This document shows, one piece after another, positions 12,359-23,984 of a DNA stretch of 64,000 nt. The DNA comes from an uncultured Planctomycetota bacterium. GTDB taxonomy: Bacteria; Planctomycetota; Planctomycetia; Isosphaerales; Isosphaeraceae. The notes beneath the pieces were generated by a model, which ran no database searches, was not told where the DNA came from, and saw nothing but the letters and a program-made list of their open reading frames with translations. Where the stretch lies: NCBI GenBank assembly GCA_963845755.1, contig CAWJTV010000011.1, positions 1,152,001 through 1,216,000 of the forward strand. The letters are read 5' to 3'. Each line of letters begins with the position of its first letter. Positions within the stretch are counted from its first letter, which is position 1. Made by a program: the position numbers and the translations under genes.

Positions 12359-12601
12359 TCCTGACGGCTGGGTCATCTCGAGGACGCTCTCATATCGCCC
12401 GTGGGTACAATGGCAAAAACGCGACTCAAGGACTGCATCCCAGGATTCGGATCGGTTGAACGCAAGCGACGGCGGAAGTACAATCGCCGGATTGCCAAGA
12501 TGATCATAAAGATCGACCTGGAGCAGTCTACGACCCGCTGGTCCCGGGGATGCCTTCCTGGCGTCGGATGGATGTCGGGTCGCCGATCCGGGACGTCTGG
12601 T

Positions 12602-14348
12602 ATGAGGAGTCGGTTCGCGGCAATCGCACTGGTGGCTTCGACGTTGTCCGGTTGTGGCGGAGGACCTTCGTCCAAACCACCACCGATCCCTGCTGGGCCG
12701 GTCCCGGTGGCGAATGCCGTTCAGCCGGCTCCCGCTTTGACAAAGGTTGAGGCCGCGGCAGGACCGTTCCGGTTTGTCGATATCTGTCCCGGCTCCGGCG
12801 TCGACTTCGTCCACGTCTCGGGCATGACCCCGCAAAAGCTCTTCCCGACTGCCAACGGCTCGGGGGTTGCGGTCTTCGACTTCGACGGAGATGGCAAGCT
12901 CGACCTCTATTTCGCCACGGGCAATGCCCTGCCGCTCTCGGCGGCGCCGGATGCCCGGAACCGACTTTACAAGAACCTGGGCGGAGGAACGTTTCGCGAC
13001 GAGACGGAGCGCTCCGGCCTGGGGTTTCGAGGCTACTGCCACGGCATTACCGTGGGCGATATTGACAATGATGGCGATCCGGATCTGTTCTTGAGCAACT
13101 ATGGGGGGGACGCCCTGTTCGTCAACAAGGGCGACGGCACGTTCACCGAGGTCGGCCGTGCGGCGGGGATCTTCCGGCCCGGCACCTGGTCGACCAGCGC
13201 CGCGTTCCTCGACTATGATAGCGACGGCGATCTCGACCTGTACGTGAGTCGCTACGGCGATTGGCAGTACCCGCGAGACGACAAACTCTGCGGGGACGAG
13301 AAGCGGAGGATCCGCCGCTATTGTCCTCCCGCCGAGCTCAAGCCGGTCAAACACACCCTTTTCCGAAACAACGGCGACCGGACCTTCACCGACGTGACCG
13401 ACCAGGCGGGACTCGGCCGGCCGGACGGGCACGGCTTCGCGGCCCTCGCGGCCGATCTGGACGGCGACGGCAAGATCGACATCTATGTGGCCAACGATAG
13501 AGATCCCCATTTCCTCTATCTGAATAACGGCGATGGCACCTTCCGCGATGTTTCGGAGAAGAGCGGCGCGGCTTTTGACATCGATGGTCGGGCCCAGGCC
13601 GGCATGGGTGTCGACGCCGAGGACGTCGACGGCGACGGCCGGCCCGAACTGTTCGTCACCAATTTCGCGAACGAGTACAACACGCTCTACCGAAACCTGG
13701 GAGGGGGATACTTCTTCGACGCCACCGGCGACTTCGGTCTCGCGGTCGACAGCATTCCATGGATTGGCTGGGGCTGCGCCCTGGCCGACCTCGACAACGA
13801 CGGCTGGCCGGACAGTCGTCGTGGCCAACGCCAATATCGACGACAATGCCGAATCCCTGGGCCAGTCGCTCGACTATCGGGAGCCGCCGCTCTTACACCG
13901 GAACCTCGGCGGCCGGCGGTTTCGCCTGTCGACCTCGGGTGCAGGGGCCTATTTCGAGGGTCGGCACCTCGGCCATGGCCTGGCGGTCGGAGACCTTGAT
14001 GACGACGGCGACCTCGATCTGGTCATCAGCCACAAGGACGGTCCACCTGCGATCCTTCGCAACGATACGCCGACCGGAAACCACTGGATCCGCTTTGCCC
14101 TGGTTGGGACTCGCGGATCCCGCGACGCCGTGGGGACGCGCGTCGAGGTCGAGGCCGGAGGGCGGGTCATCTGCCGACAGAAAAAGAGCGGACACAGCCT
14201 CATGTCGTCGCACGACCCGAGGATTCTGGTGGGCCTGGGCCCGTCCGAGGTCGTCGGCCGGGTGACCATCCGATGGCCCTCCGGCATGATCAGCACGCTC
14301 GACCGGCCCCTCGTGGGACGAACCCATGAGATCGTGGAACCGAGGTAA
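12602..14348 (+). CDS. CRTAC1-family FG-GAP repeat/ASPIC-UnbV lipoprotein (frameshift near 13815)
   Basis: Lipobox LSGC; repeated DxDxDGxxDL and LYxNxGDGTFxD motifs; C-terminal SSHDPRILVGLG...IRWPSG. Confidence 0.9.
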
Positions 14349-14602
14349 GCCCAGGGGTCTTTGGGAACGTGGGCGATCATGGTTCCTGCCGGCGCTCGAC
14401 TGCGTTGTCACGGCGATCCAACCCGAGGCCGCGACCACCCACCGAGACAGCCCGTGCCCAGGAGCGCCTGGAACGGCAGGTGAATTGCCAGATCGAAGCC
14501 GCGGGGATAGAGTGTAGCGGTGCGGGTGGGCCGCGATTCCAGACTGCGGCGTGGATGCGGTTCGAAGCAACCCCATGAGGTCGGATTGACTCCGAACCAT
14601 CG

Positions 14603-16988
14603 ATGTCAACGCGACCAACAGCCTCCACCTCGGTTCGTCGGCCGGTAGCCGGGGCGGTCCGGTTCTTGCTCCTGGTGGTGGGGATCGTGGGAGCATCGGT
14701 TGGTGTGGCCGTGTGGTCAACGGATCCGGCCCGGTCGGCGCGGCCGGTCGCAGTCGCACCGCGACGGGCAGCCCCGGGCCCTCACCAGGTCAAGCCAGAA
14801 TCGCCGGCGGCTCCGGCGACCCCGCCACGGATCCCGCTTTACACCCAGGACTGGACCGACGATAGCGGCGTCGGGCTCGCCGCCCGGTTCTCGCAACCGA
14901 TCACCGACCCGCAGTCGCTCGAGCAGATCCGGGCTTCGGACGAGGGCGCGGGGCCAGCGCGGGATCGCTCAACTGCGCCAGGAGCTGGCCGCGATCGATC
15001 GCCGGACCCCGGCAGGGCGGGTACAGGCGCTCCAGCTCGGCGTCTTCCTGGGGACCCTCCACATGTCGATCGGCGAATTCCACGAGGCCGACCACTGCTT
15101 CGCCGAGGCCCAGGTCGCGGATCCCGACTGCCCGAACCTGCTCAGAGTGAACATCGAGGCGCTCCGCGGGGTCGCGGCCCTGCGGCGTGGGGAGACGGAG
15201 AACTGCGTCGACTGCTGCAACGGGTCGAGCTGCATCTTCCCGCTCGCCCCGGCGGCGGTCCACCTGCAGCCCTCCGGATCGCGCCAGGCGATCCGCCACT
15301 TCACCGGCTATCTCGAGCAGAGGCCCGAGGACCTGGGCGTCCAGTGGCTCTTGAACGTCGCCTACATGACCCTGGGCGAGTATCCCGACGGGGTGCCGAA
15401 AAAGTACGTGATCCCCCTGGGGCCGTACCGGTCGGACGGGGGCGTCGGCCGGCTGGAGAACGTCGCCGGGCGAGTCGGCCTGAGCGCGAGGGGCCCGAAC
15501 ATGTCGGGCGGGATCATCGTCAACGACTTCAACGGCGACGGCCTACTCGACGTCTTCTACTCGACCAGGGACGCGGCGCAGGGCTGCGCCCTGTTCGTCA
15601 ACCGCGGCGATGGCACGTTCGAGGACCGTTCCGCCCAGGCCGGGATCACGTCGCAGGTCGGGGCCCTGAATTGCAACGACGCCGACTACGACAACGACGG
15701 CGACCTCGACATCCTGCTGCTGCGGGGCGGCTGGGACCTGGCCCGTCGGCCTTCGTTGCTGCGCAACGAGGGAGACGGCCGCTTCACCGATGTGACGGTC
15801 GCCGCCGGCCTGTGCGAGCCGATCGCCTCGCAGGCCGGCGCCTGGGCCGACTACGACAATGACGGTAAGGTCGACCTGTACATCGCCGGCGAGTTCCGGC
15901 CCGAGAACGCCGACCCGGGCAACCGGGGGCGGCTCTACCACAACAACGGCGACGGCACCTTCACCGATGTCGCCGACTCGGCCGGCGTCTGCAATGAGCG
16001 CTATGGCAAGGGCGTTGCCTGGGGCGACTACGATAACGACGGCCGGCCCGACCTGTACATCTCGAACTTGAACGAGGGGAACCGTCTGTACCACAACAAC
16101 GGCGATGGCACCTTCACCGACGTGGCCAGGCGATTGGGCGTGGCCGAGCCTTACACCAGCTTCTCTTCCTGGTTCTGGGACTACGACAACGACGGCCGGC
16201 TGGACATCTTCGCCACCGGCTCCCATGCCACCCTCGCGGAGATCATCTTGAGCCAACTGGGCCGCCCGACCGGCGGCGAGCGCCCGCGACTGTACCACAA
16301 CGAAGGGGGCCGGTTCACCGACGTGACGAAGGAGGCCGGCCTCGACCGGGTCTGGCTGCCGATGGGCTCGAATTTCGGCGACGTCGACAACGACGGCTTC
16401 CCCGACTTCTACCTGGGCACCGGCAGTCCGCCCTATTCCTACCTGGTGCCCAACGTCCTCATGCATAACGTCGACGGCCGCCGGTTCGAGGACATCACCA
16501 TCGCCTCGGGCACGGGCCATCTCCAGAAGGGACACGGTGTCTCGTTCGCCGACTGGGACCGCGACGGCGACGTGGACCTGTTCCTCGAGTCCGGCGGCGC
16601 GGTACCGGGAGACAAGGCCCATAACGCCCTCTTCGAGAACCCAGGACATGGTCGTCGCTGGTTGACGCTCCGGCTGGTCGGCACGCGGTCCAACCGTGCT
16701 GCGATCGGTGCCCGGGTGCGCGTGGATCTGTCCGGGCCCGACGGCCGGCGCTCGGTCCACTCCGCGATCGGCGGCGGTTCGAGCTTCGGCAACAACCCGT
16801 TGACGCCGACCATCGGCCTGGGCCGGGCCACGGCGATCGACGCGGTGGAGATCACCTGGCCGGATGGGGGCACGCGCCAGGTCGTGCGCGGCCTGCCAAT
16901 CGACCGGGCCGTCGAGATCATCGAGGGACGCGAGGGTTTCCGCGTCCTGGACTGGACGCCGGTCCCTCGATCGGGGCATGGGTCCTGA
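14603..16988 (+). CDS. second CRTAC1-family FG-GAP/ASPIC-UnbV protein with N-terminal TM helix (frameshift near 14940)
   Basis: RRGETENC...SCIFPL, WLLNVAYMTLGEYPDGVP, many DYDNDG repeats, GTGHLQKGHG, ASPIC-like C-terminus. Confidence 0.9.
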
Positions 16989-17133
16989 GATGGTCGCAGT
17001 CGTAGGCTGGGTCCGGCCTCGATTGATCGAGGCGAGGCCCGCCGGACTCGCTGACGTGACGACCGATCTCCAGCCGGATAGACTGGAGACCGTCGGGTCT
17101 CCTCGATCCCGCTCTCGATCCCCGGACATTCAC

Positions 17134-20100
17134 ATGAATCGAACGACATTGGCTTACTGCGTTGGCCTCGCATTCACCATCATCACTCGATCGATTGCGG
17201 GCGACGATTTCCCGACTCCTCGCAACACGGAACCATCAACGACGCGGGCATCCCTCCAGCCGAGGCCGCAGCCGGCTTCCGGGCTCCGCCGGGGTTCCGC
17301 GTCTCGGCCTTCGCGGCCGAGCCCGACGTCCAGAACCCGATCGCGATGGCCTGGGACCGGCGCGGTCGGCTCTGGATCGCTGAGAACTACACCTATTCCG
17401 ACGCAACCGATCGGTTCGACCTCCGTCATCGCGATCGCGTGCTCATCTTCGAGGATGCTGATGCCGACGGCCGGTTCGACCGTCGCACCGTGTTCACCGA
17501 CGACGTGCAGATGCTCGCCAGCGTCGAGCTCGGATTCGGCGGTGCCTGGCTGCTGTGTCCGCCGCGGCTGCTGTTCGTCCCCGACCGCAATCGGCGACGA
17601 CGTCCCCGACGGTCCCGGCCGAGGTCGTACTCGACGGGTTCTCCGTTGTGGTCGATAACCATCACACGTTTGCCAACGGCCTGAAGTGGGGACCGGACGG
17701 CTGGCTCTATGGACGTTGCGGGGCATCTTCCCCGGGACAGGTCGGGATCCCCGGCACACCCGACGCCTTGCGGATCCCTCTCCGCGGCGGCCTCTGGCGA
17801 TTTCATCCGCTTCGCAAGCGGTTCGAGGTCCTCGCCCACGGCACGACCAATCCCTGGGGACACGACTGGAATGCGCTCGGCGAGGCGTTCTTCATCAACA
17901 CGGTCAACGGCCACCTCTGGCACCTGATCCCGGGCTCGCACCTCGTCCGCCCCCACACGATCGAGCCGAACCCCCGGGCGTACGCGCTGATCGACCAGCA
18001 CGCCGACCACTGGCACTGGGACAACTCCAAGCCACTCACCTACGGCAGCAAGGTCGGTCCCGACGACGGCCGGCGCGGCGGCGGGCATGCCCATAGCGGA
18101 CTCATGATCTACCTGGCCGATCAATGGCCGGAATCCTATCGAGGCCAGCTCCTGACCCTGAACTTCCACGGTCGGCGCGACAACGTCGAGCGGCTCGAAC
18201 GGTCCGGCAGCGGCTACGTCGGCCGCCACGAGCCGGACATCCTCTTCGCCGCCGATCCCTGGTTCCGCGGGATCGACCTCGGGTACGGGCCGGACGGCGG
18301 CGTCTTCCTGCTCGACTGGAGCGATACCGGCGAATGCCACGATCATGAGGGCGTCCACCGCACCTCGGGTCGGATCTACAAGGTCACGTATGGGAAGCCT
18401 TCCCAGGTGATGGTCGGCGACCTGTCGAAGCTCGACGAGCGCGCGCTGGCCGACCTGCACCGGCACCCGAACGAGTGGTTCGTCCGCCAGGCCCGGCGCG
18501 TGTTGGCCGACCGCGCGGCACGTGGAGAACCGCTCCACGAAACGAAGAAGGCCCTCCGCACTCTCTTCGACGAAGACCCTGACCCGGTGCGCAAGCTGAG
18601 GGGGCTCTGGTCACTCTACGTCATCGGTGCGGCGGATGATTCCTTCGTCCGACGCCTGCTGGATCACGAGCACGAATCGGTGCGCACCTGGGCGGTCCGG
18701 CTGCTCACCGACGATTGGTCGCTCGACACCATCTTCAGCGATCGGATCGGACCCGATGTCGAACCACCTCCCGACCTACTGGCCAAACTGACCGCAATGG
18801 CCCGCGACGACTCCTCGGGCCTGGTGCGGCTGGTGCTGGCCTCGACGTTGCAACGGCTGCCGGTGAACCGGCGCATTCCCCTGGCCCGCGCCTTCTCTCA
18901 CATACCGAGGACGCCCACGACCACAACCTGCCGTCCCTGATCTGGACCGGACTCATCCCCGTCGCGGCGACCGATCCCGCCTCGCTCGCCTCGCTGGCGG
19001 CCGACTGCCGGATCCCCGACGTGGTCGGACTGATCGCCCGGCGACTGGGAGAGGACATCGAGTCCCGGCCTGACGCTCTGAATCGCCTGCTCAGCATCGC
19101 CGCAACGCGCCCCATCGACTTCCAGTCGCAAGTCGTGTCGGGCCTGGCGGCGGCGCTGGCCGGCTGGCGCAAGGCGCGGAAGCCCTCGGGCTGGGATGCG
19201 TTCCAGCGTCAGATTGCCACGACGTCGAATCCAGCCCTCCGCTCGCAGTTTCGGGAGTTGGAAGTCCTCTTCGGCAACGGCCGCGCCCTGGACGAGGTCC
19301 GTCGCCTGGCCCTGGACGAAAACGCGGAGATCGAGGAGCGAAAGACCGCGCTGCGGACCTTGATCGAGAGCCGGCCGACGGATCTACGCGCGATCTGCGA
19401 GAAGCTGGTCCGAGTCCGTTACGTCAATGCGGTCGCTGTGCGCGGGCTCGCCCTCTTCGACGACCCGGCGATCGGCCAGTCGCTGGCCCGGAACTATCGC
19501 GCGTTCCACCCTTCGGAGCGTCCCGCGGCGCTCGAGACCCTGGTCTCCCGCCCGGCCTTCGCCCGGGCGCTGCTCGACCAGGTCGCCGCGGCCAAGATCG
19601 CGCACAACGACGTTACCCCCTTCCATGCGCGGCAGATCCTCAGCCTCAATGACCCGGCCTTGACGAAGCGGCTCTCCGAAGTCTGGGGCGAACTGCGCAG
19701 TTCGTCGGCCGATCGTCGCGATCGGATCGCCGCCCTCAAGCAACGGTTGGACGCGGGGACCCTCGCCCAGGCCGACCGGAGCCGGGGACGTGCGCTCTTC
19801 ACCCGCGTCTGCGCCAGTTGTCATCGACTCCACGGCGAGGGCGGCTCGATCGGTCCCGACCTGACGGGCTCGGGTCGCGACAACCTCGATTACTTGCTCG
19901 AAAACATCGTCAACCCCGCCGCCATGGTCACCGCCGACTTCCGCATGGTCGTGGTCGCGATGAACGACGGCCGCGTCCTCAATGGCCTGGTGAAGGCCCA
20001 GACGGCACGCACCCTGACCCTCCAGACCCAGACCGAGGCGATGGTGCTGGACCGATCCGAGATCGAAGAGGTCAAGCCCTCATCCTCGTCCCTCATGCCC

Positions 20101-20202
20101 GACGGCCTGATCGATACCCTCAAGCCCGACGAGATCCGCGACCTGATCGGTTACCTCGCACATCCGGCGCAGGTGCCTTTGCCAGCAGCCGGCGGAGGGT
20201 GA
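17134..20202 (+). CDS. PVC-type membrane-bound dehydrogenase-like beta-propeller protein with C-terminal c-type heme domain (frameshifted)
   Basis: NPIAMAWDRRGRLWIAENYTY, NGLKWGPDGWLYG, GTTNPWG, HEAT-like middle region, CASCH...IGPDLTG...SLMPDGL. Confidence 0.9.
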
Positions 20203-20239
20203 GACATCGGCCGGACCCAGTCCCGGTGAGAGAGCTCTC

Positions 20240-20520
20240 ATGAAACGGTTCCGATTCTCAGTTGCGGGCTTGATGGCTGTCATCCTGCTGCTGGCCGTTG
20301 GCATGGCCGCACTTCGCGACCCGACCACGCTCTGGGCCAGGGCGATCTTTACCGCCGCCGTGACCCTCTTCGCGGCATCCCTCCTCGGGGCGATGATTCA
20401 TCGCGGCATCCCTCGGTTCTCGTGGGCGGGCCTGGCCGTCTTCGGATGGGTTTAACTCATCATCAGCTTCGAGCCCTGGCCGGGGAATGCGGTCGGACCG
20501 CCGCCGCTGCTGCCCTCCTC
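20240..20520 (+). pseudogene. planctomycete-type small membrane protein, probably truncated
   Basis: MKRFRFSVAGLMAVILLLAVGMAALR...FGWV, then TAA, then in-frame LIISFEPWPGNAVGPPPLLP before an AT-rich junction. Confidence 0.55.
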
Positions 20521-20543
20521 TTTATCACATTTAAGAGGCATTT

Positions 20544-21212
20544 ATGATCGTATCGGAATGGCTGACGTGCGCCGATCCCATTGCGATGCTGGATTATCTC
20601 CACGGCAGGGCCAGCGACCGGAAGCTGAGGCTGTTCGCCTGTGCGTGCTGTCGGCACTACTGGCATCTCCTGAACGAAAAACCGAGTCGCAATGCAGTTC
20701 TCGTTGCGGAGCGGTTCGCTGATGGTCAAGCTACACCGCAAGAACTGGAGGATGCAGGGGAGGAGGCCGTGGATGCCGGTAGGGAGGGTGATGGGACGGG
20801 TCCGGTGGCTTGTTGTCACTTTCCTCCTGACCAATCCTATCCTGTGGAAGCGGCGAAGCATGCGGCTCGGGAAATGATCGATGTGATGAACACGGGGAGA
20901 ATTGTATCAGGTGGCGGCGAGTTGTCGGATGCCGAGTGGAGGGCTGAGCTGTGGGCAGAAGCAGACATTCTACGTGATATCTTCGGCAACCCCTCCCGCC
21001 CCGCCGTCATCGACCCGGTTTGGCTTACACCTGGCGTGATCACGCTCGCCCGGAGCATCGATAACGAACGAGCCTTCGACCACATGCCCTTTCTCGGCGA
21101 TGCCCTGGAAGAAGCGGGCTGCGACAAACCGGACATCCTTGACCACTGCCGATCGCAGAATCAGCATTTTCGGGGATGCTGGGTCATTGATGTAATCCTC
21201 GGCAAGTCGTGA
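20544..21212 (+). CDS. planctomycete-expanded conserved hypothetical protein
   Basis: EWLTCADP..ML, SDRKLRLFACACCR, LRDIFGNP, DALEEAGC, HCR...H.RGCWVIDVILGKS. Confidence 0.85.
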   Translation: MIVSEWLTCADPIAMLDYLHGRASDRKLRLFACACCRHYWHLLNEKPSRNAVLVAERFADGQATPQELEDAGEEAVDAGREGDGTGPVACCHFPPDQSYPVEAAKHAAREMIDVMNTGRIVSGGGELSDAEWRAELWAEADILRDIFGNPSRPAVIDPVWLTPGVITLARSIDNERAFDHMPFLGDALEEAGCDKPDILDHCRSQNQHFRGCWVIDVILGKS

Positions 21213-21339
21213 GTCGGGTGTACCGAATACTCCTTGACTTCCTCGTGACCGAGCTGACCGACAATCTGAATCCGGCAGACTGCACATTCTGTCGTTCGAC
21301 CCGCCCTACCTCTCCAGATATCACGTAGGAAAGCCGCAT

Positions 21340-22137
21340 CTACTTGTTCGCGATCGCCGCCGTCCAGTGGGTGATCTCGTCGGCGGTCATCATTCCTTGG
21401 GGTTTCAAGCGAGCGTCCTCATAGCCCCACAAACCGATGTCAACCAGGTATTGCTCGCGCGAGAGCAGCGTCCCCTGGCAGAGCTTTTCCGCGGGCTCCG
21501 GTTGCCCCGACTCCCGCCGGAGGCAGTCCGACAACTCCTTCATGACCCAGGATGGGACCGTGTCGCGCTCGCCAGGATAGATAAATCCAAACATCACGAG
21601 ATGCGAGAAGAGAATGCGCCAATCCCGGTCGAACCGACGGAGCAGGCGGTGCCAGTCGAAGTTCCGGCCGCTCTGGCGGATGAGGTGGGCGATGTCGGCC
21701 CCGTCGAACCGTTCGCGCTCCATGACATATCCTTTCGACCAGATAATCTCCTCGGGCGGGCACAGTCGCACCGGGATGCCGAGCAGCTCGGCCGGGACCG
21801 CGTGCGCGAACCAATCGTCGTCAACCGTGGCCACGCCGTTGCCCGATCGGTAGATCACGTCAACGAACCGTTCGACGATCCAGGCCTTGGCCAGCCAATG
21901 AGGGAAGGTGACCTCGGTCCGATAGCCGTGTGCCTCGAACGCACGGAGGATTCGATCCAGATCGCTCGCGCGCACGAAGACGTCGATATCCTTCGTATGC
22001 CGCTCGATCCCGGCCAGGGTCGCCAGGGAATACGCCCCACCCACGAGATAAGGCACGTCGGTTTCATTCAGGATCGTGAGCGTGCGAATATAGAAATCGC
22101 GCGTCCCTTGATCGAGCTCCACATGTCCGGGCTGCAC
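21340..22137 (-). CDS. uncharacterised nucleotidyltransferase-fold protein
   Basis: YLVGGAYS...RHTKDIDVF (GG/DxD pol-beta-like signature), HWLAKA, ERERFDGADIAH; AAGGAGG RBS. Confidence 0.85.
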   Translation of the reverse strand: MQPGHVELDQGTRDFYIRTLTILNETDVPYLVGGAYSLATLAGIERHTKDIDVFVRASDLDRILRAFEAHGYRTEVTFPHWLAKAWIVERFVDVIYRSGNGVATVDDDWFAHAVPAELLGIPVRLCPPEEIIWSKGYVMERERFDGADIAHLIRQSGRNFDWHRLLRRFDRDWRILFSHLVMFGFIYPGERDTVPSWVMKELSDCLRRESGQPEPAEKLCQGTLLSREQYLVDIGLWGYEDARLKPQGMMTADEITHWTAAIANK

Positions 22138-22211
22138 GAGTCCGCCTCCTTGGCAGTAGGCAGTAGGTAATAGGCAACATCCTCAACCCTGCCAATTGTT
22201 CTCTACAGGAG

Positions 22212-22247
22212 AGGCACGGCGCGTGCCGAACCGGCATCGGCTTTGCA
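22212..22247. promoter_or_regulatory. divergent sigma54-like -24/-12 sites
   Basis: + strand CGGCATCGGCTTTGCA (22232-22247); near-palindrome GGCACGGCGCGTGCC (22213-22227) gives GGCACG-N6-GC (GG-N10-GC) on both strands. Confidence 0.65.
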
Positions 22248-22298
22248 ACCGAGGGATTTACTACCTACTGCCTACTGCCTACTGCCTGGGAGGCGGAC

Positions 22299-23084
22299 AT
22301 GCTCGACTCGGAAAACCTGGTGCGTCTGGCCGCGGTAGGAGATCTGCATTGCACCAAGAAGTCGCAGGGGCAGTTCCAGGCGTTATTCACGGCGGCGGCT
22401 GAGCAGGCGGACATCCTGGTTCTCTGCGGCGACTTGACCGACTATGGCCTACCGGAGGAGGCCGAGATCCTGGTCCGGGAGATGGCCGGCGCCGCCAAGC
22501 TTCCGACGATCGCCGTCCTGGGCAACCACGACTTCGAGTCGGGGCACGAGGCGGAGGTCCGGCAAATCCTGGTCGATGCGGGCATGATCGTGCTCGATGG
22601 CGATGCCATCGAGGTGCGCGGGATCGGCTTCGCGGGTGCGAAGGGGTTCGCGGGTGGTTTCGGTCGTGGCACGCTCGGCGCCTGGGGTGAACGAGCCGTC
22701 AAGGTCTTCGTACAAGAAGCGATCGACGAAGCGATGAAGCTCGAGGCGGCCCTGGCGCGCCTTCGCACTGAGCGTCGCATCGCCGTGTTGCATTATGCAC
22801 CGATCCGGGCCACGGTCGAGAACGAGCCGGTCGAGATCTTCCCCTTCCTGGGATGCAGTCGCCTGGAGGACCCGCTCAACCGCTATCCCGTCACGGCCGT
22901 GCTCCACGGCCATGCGCATAACGGCAGCCCGCAGGGCCGGACCAGCGCCGGCGTGCCTGTGTACAATGTCTCGCTGCCCCTGCTCCGCAAGACCTCCCCG
23001 GAATCGCATCCCTTCCGCATCCTCGAGATTCCCACGGGACCGGGCGCGGAGCCCGAGACGCCGGCGACGAAACCGGAGATGTGA
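22299..23084 (+). CDS. calcineurin-like metallophosphoesterase
   Basis: GDLH, CGDLTD, LGNHD, LHYAP, HGHAH motifs; GGGAGG RBS. Confidence 0.93.
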   Translation: MLDSENLVRLAAVGDLHCTKKSQGQFQALFTAAAEQADILVLCGDLTDYGLPEEAEILVREMAGAAKLPTIAVLGNHDFESGHEAEVRQILVDAGMIVLDGDAIEVRGIGFAGAKGFAGGFGRGTLGAWGERAVKVFVQEAIDEAMKLEAALARLRTERRIAVLHYAPIRATVENEPVEIFPFLGCSRLEDPLNRYPVTAVLHGHAHNGSPQGRTSAGVPVYNVSLPLLRKTSPESHPFRILEIPTGPGAEPETPATKPEM

Positions 23085-23129
23085 GACGACTCGCACTCTG
23101 ATCCCATCGCCGAGATTCGCGCGAACCGT

Positions 23130-23622
23130 TCACGCCCGTTCCTCGGGCCGGGTGACATCCGGCACGTCCACCCCCAGCGCGGTCGCCAGGTCCATCTGGT
23201 GTTCCTGTTCGTTGACCAGGATACTGCGGATCTGCTCGGCCAGAGCATATTCGCCGAGTGCCTCGCACTGGCGCACGCGCTCGCGATAATTCCGGATCGT
23301 TTCGTTCTCATTCTCCAGGTCGAAGCGGAGCATCTCTTCCGCCTTCTCCGAGGTCTTCACCGGCCTGGGCGTCACCGACGGCATGCCGCCGAGGTAATCG
23401 ATCTGCTTGGCGATTGTCAGCGCAGTGCTGAAGCTCCTGCTTCGCGTGCAGCTCCAGTTCGCCGGCGATGTTCATGTACTGTGCGCCCTTGAGGACCTGC
23501 GAATACACCACATAGGCGATGATCGCCTGGTACTCGCGGGAGAGGTCCTGGTTGAGCAGCTCGATCAACTGCTCGCGGGAAACCGTCTTCGATCCTGTGG
23601 ATGCGGTCGCAACGTTGGCCAT
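23130..23622 (-). CDS. ferritin-like/bacterioferritin-family protein (frameshift near 23420)
   Basis: LLNQDLSREYQAIIAY, EL.LHAKQELQH, DLENENETIRNY, ILVNEQEHQ (di-iron ExxH motifs). Confidence 0.88.
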
Positions 23623-23794
23623 GGTATGCTCCTGAACGGGGGATAAACCTTCCACTGCGGCAGAGCAAATGTCATGCCGAGTCCCAATGGCCCACCAACG
23701 GCCCCGCAGCCGGAGCATGCCGGGGGAACGGCCAGGCTCGAGCTTCTCTGTTCCCGCGAGTCTCGACACCTGGCCGCCCCGAGGTACCGAGGGT

Positions 23795-23810
23795 TGCAAA
23801 CGCCGCACCA
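23795..23810 (-). promoter_or_regulatory. sigma54-like site upstream of the ferritin-like gene
   Basis: Minus strand TGGTGCGGCGTTTGCA (GG-N10-GC with TTGCA). Confidence 0.55.
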
Positions 23811-23895
23811 GTGACGTTCGGGACCGCGAGAGATCCGGTCGCAAGGGACATTCTGTCTCCCGGTTCGTCCGGTCACGACGTGGCTCGAATCGGCC

Positions 23896-23911
23896 CGGCA
23901 CCGATTTTGCG
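23896..23911 (+). promoter_or_regulatory. sigma54-like site upstream of the HAD gene
   Basis: CGGCACCGATTTTGCG, ~75 nt before the ATG at 23985. Confidence 0.65.
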
Positions 23912-23984
23912 ACGGGGATACCTTCTCGGGCTTCGCTTGATCGTTAGGTTGAGAAGCCCCTTGTTCTTACGGAGACAGAACCGA

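Noticed and set aside
12356..18538. Long antisense ORFs (e.g. 12356..13846, 15543..17129, 17426..18538)
   Set aside because: High-GC antisense shadows of well-supported plus-strand genes, with no motifs of their own.
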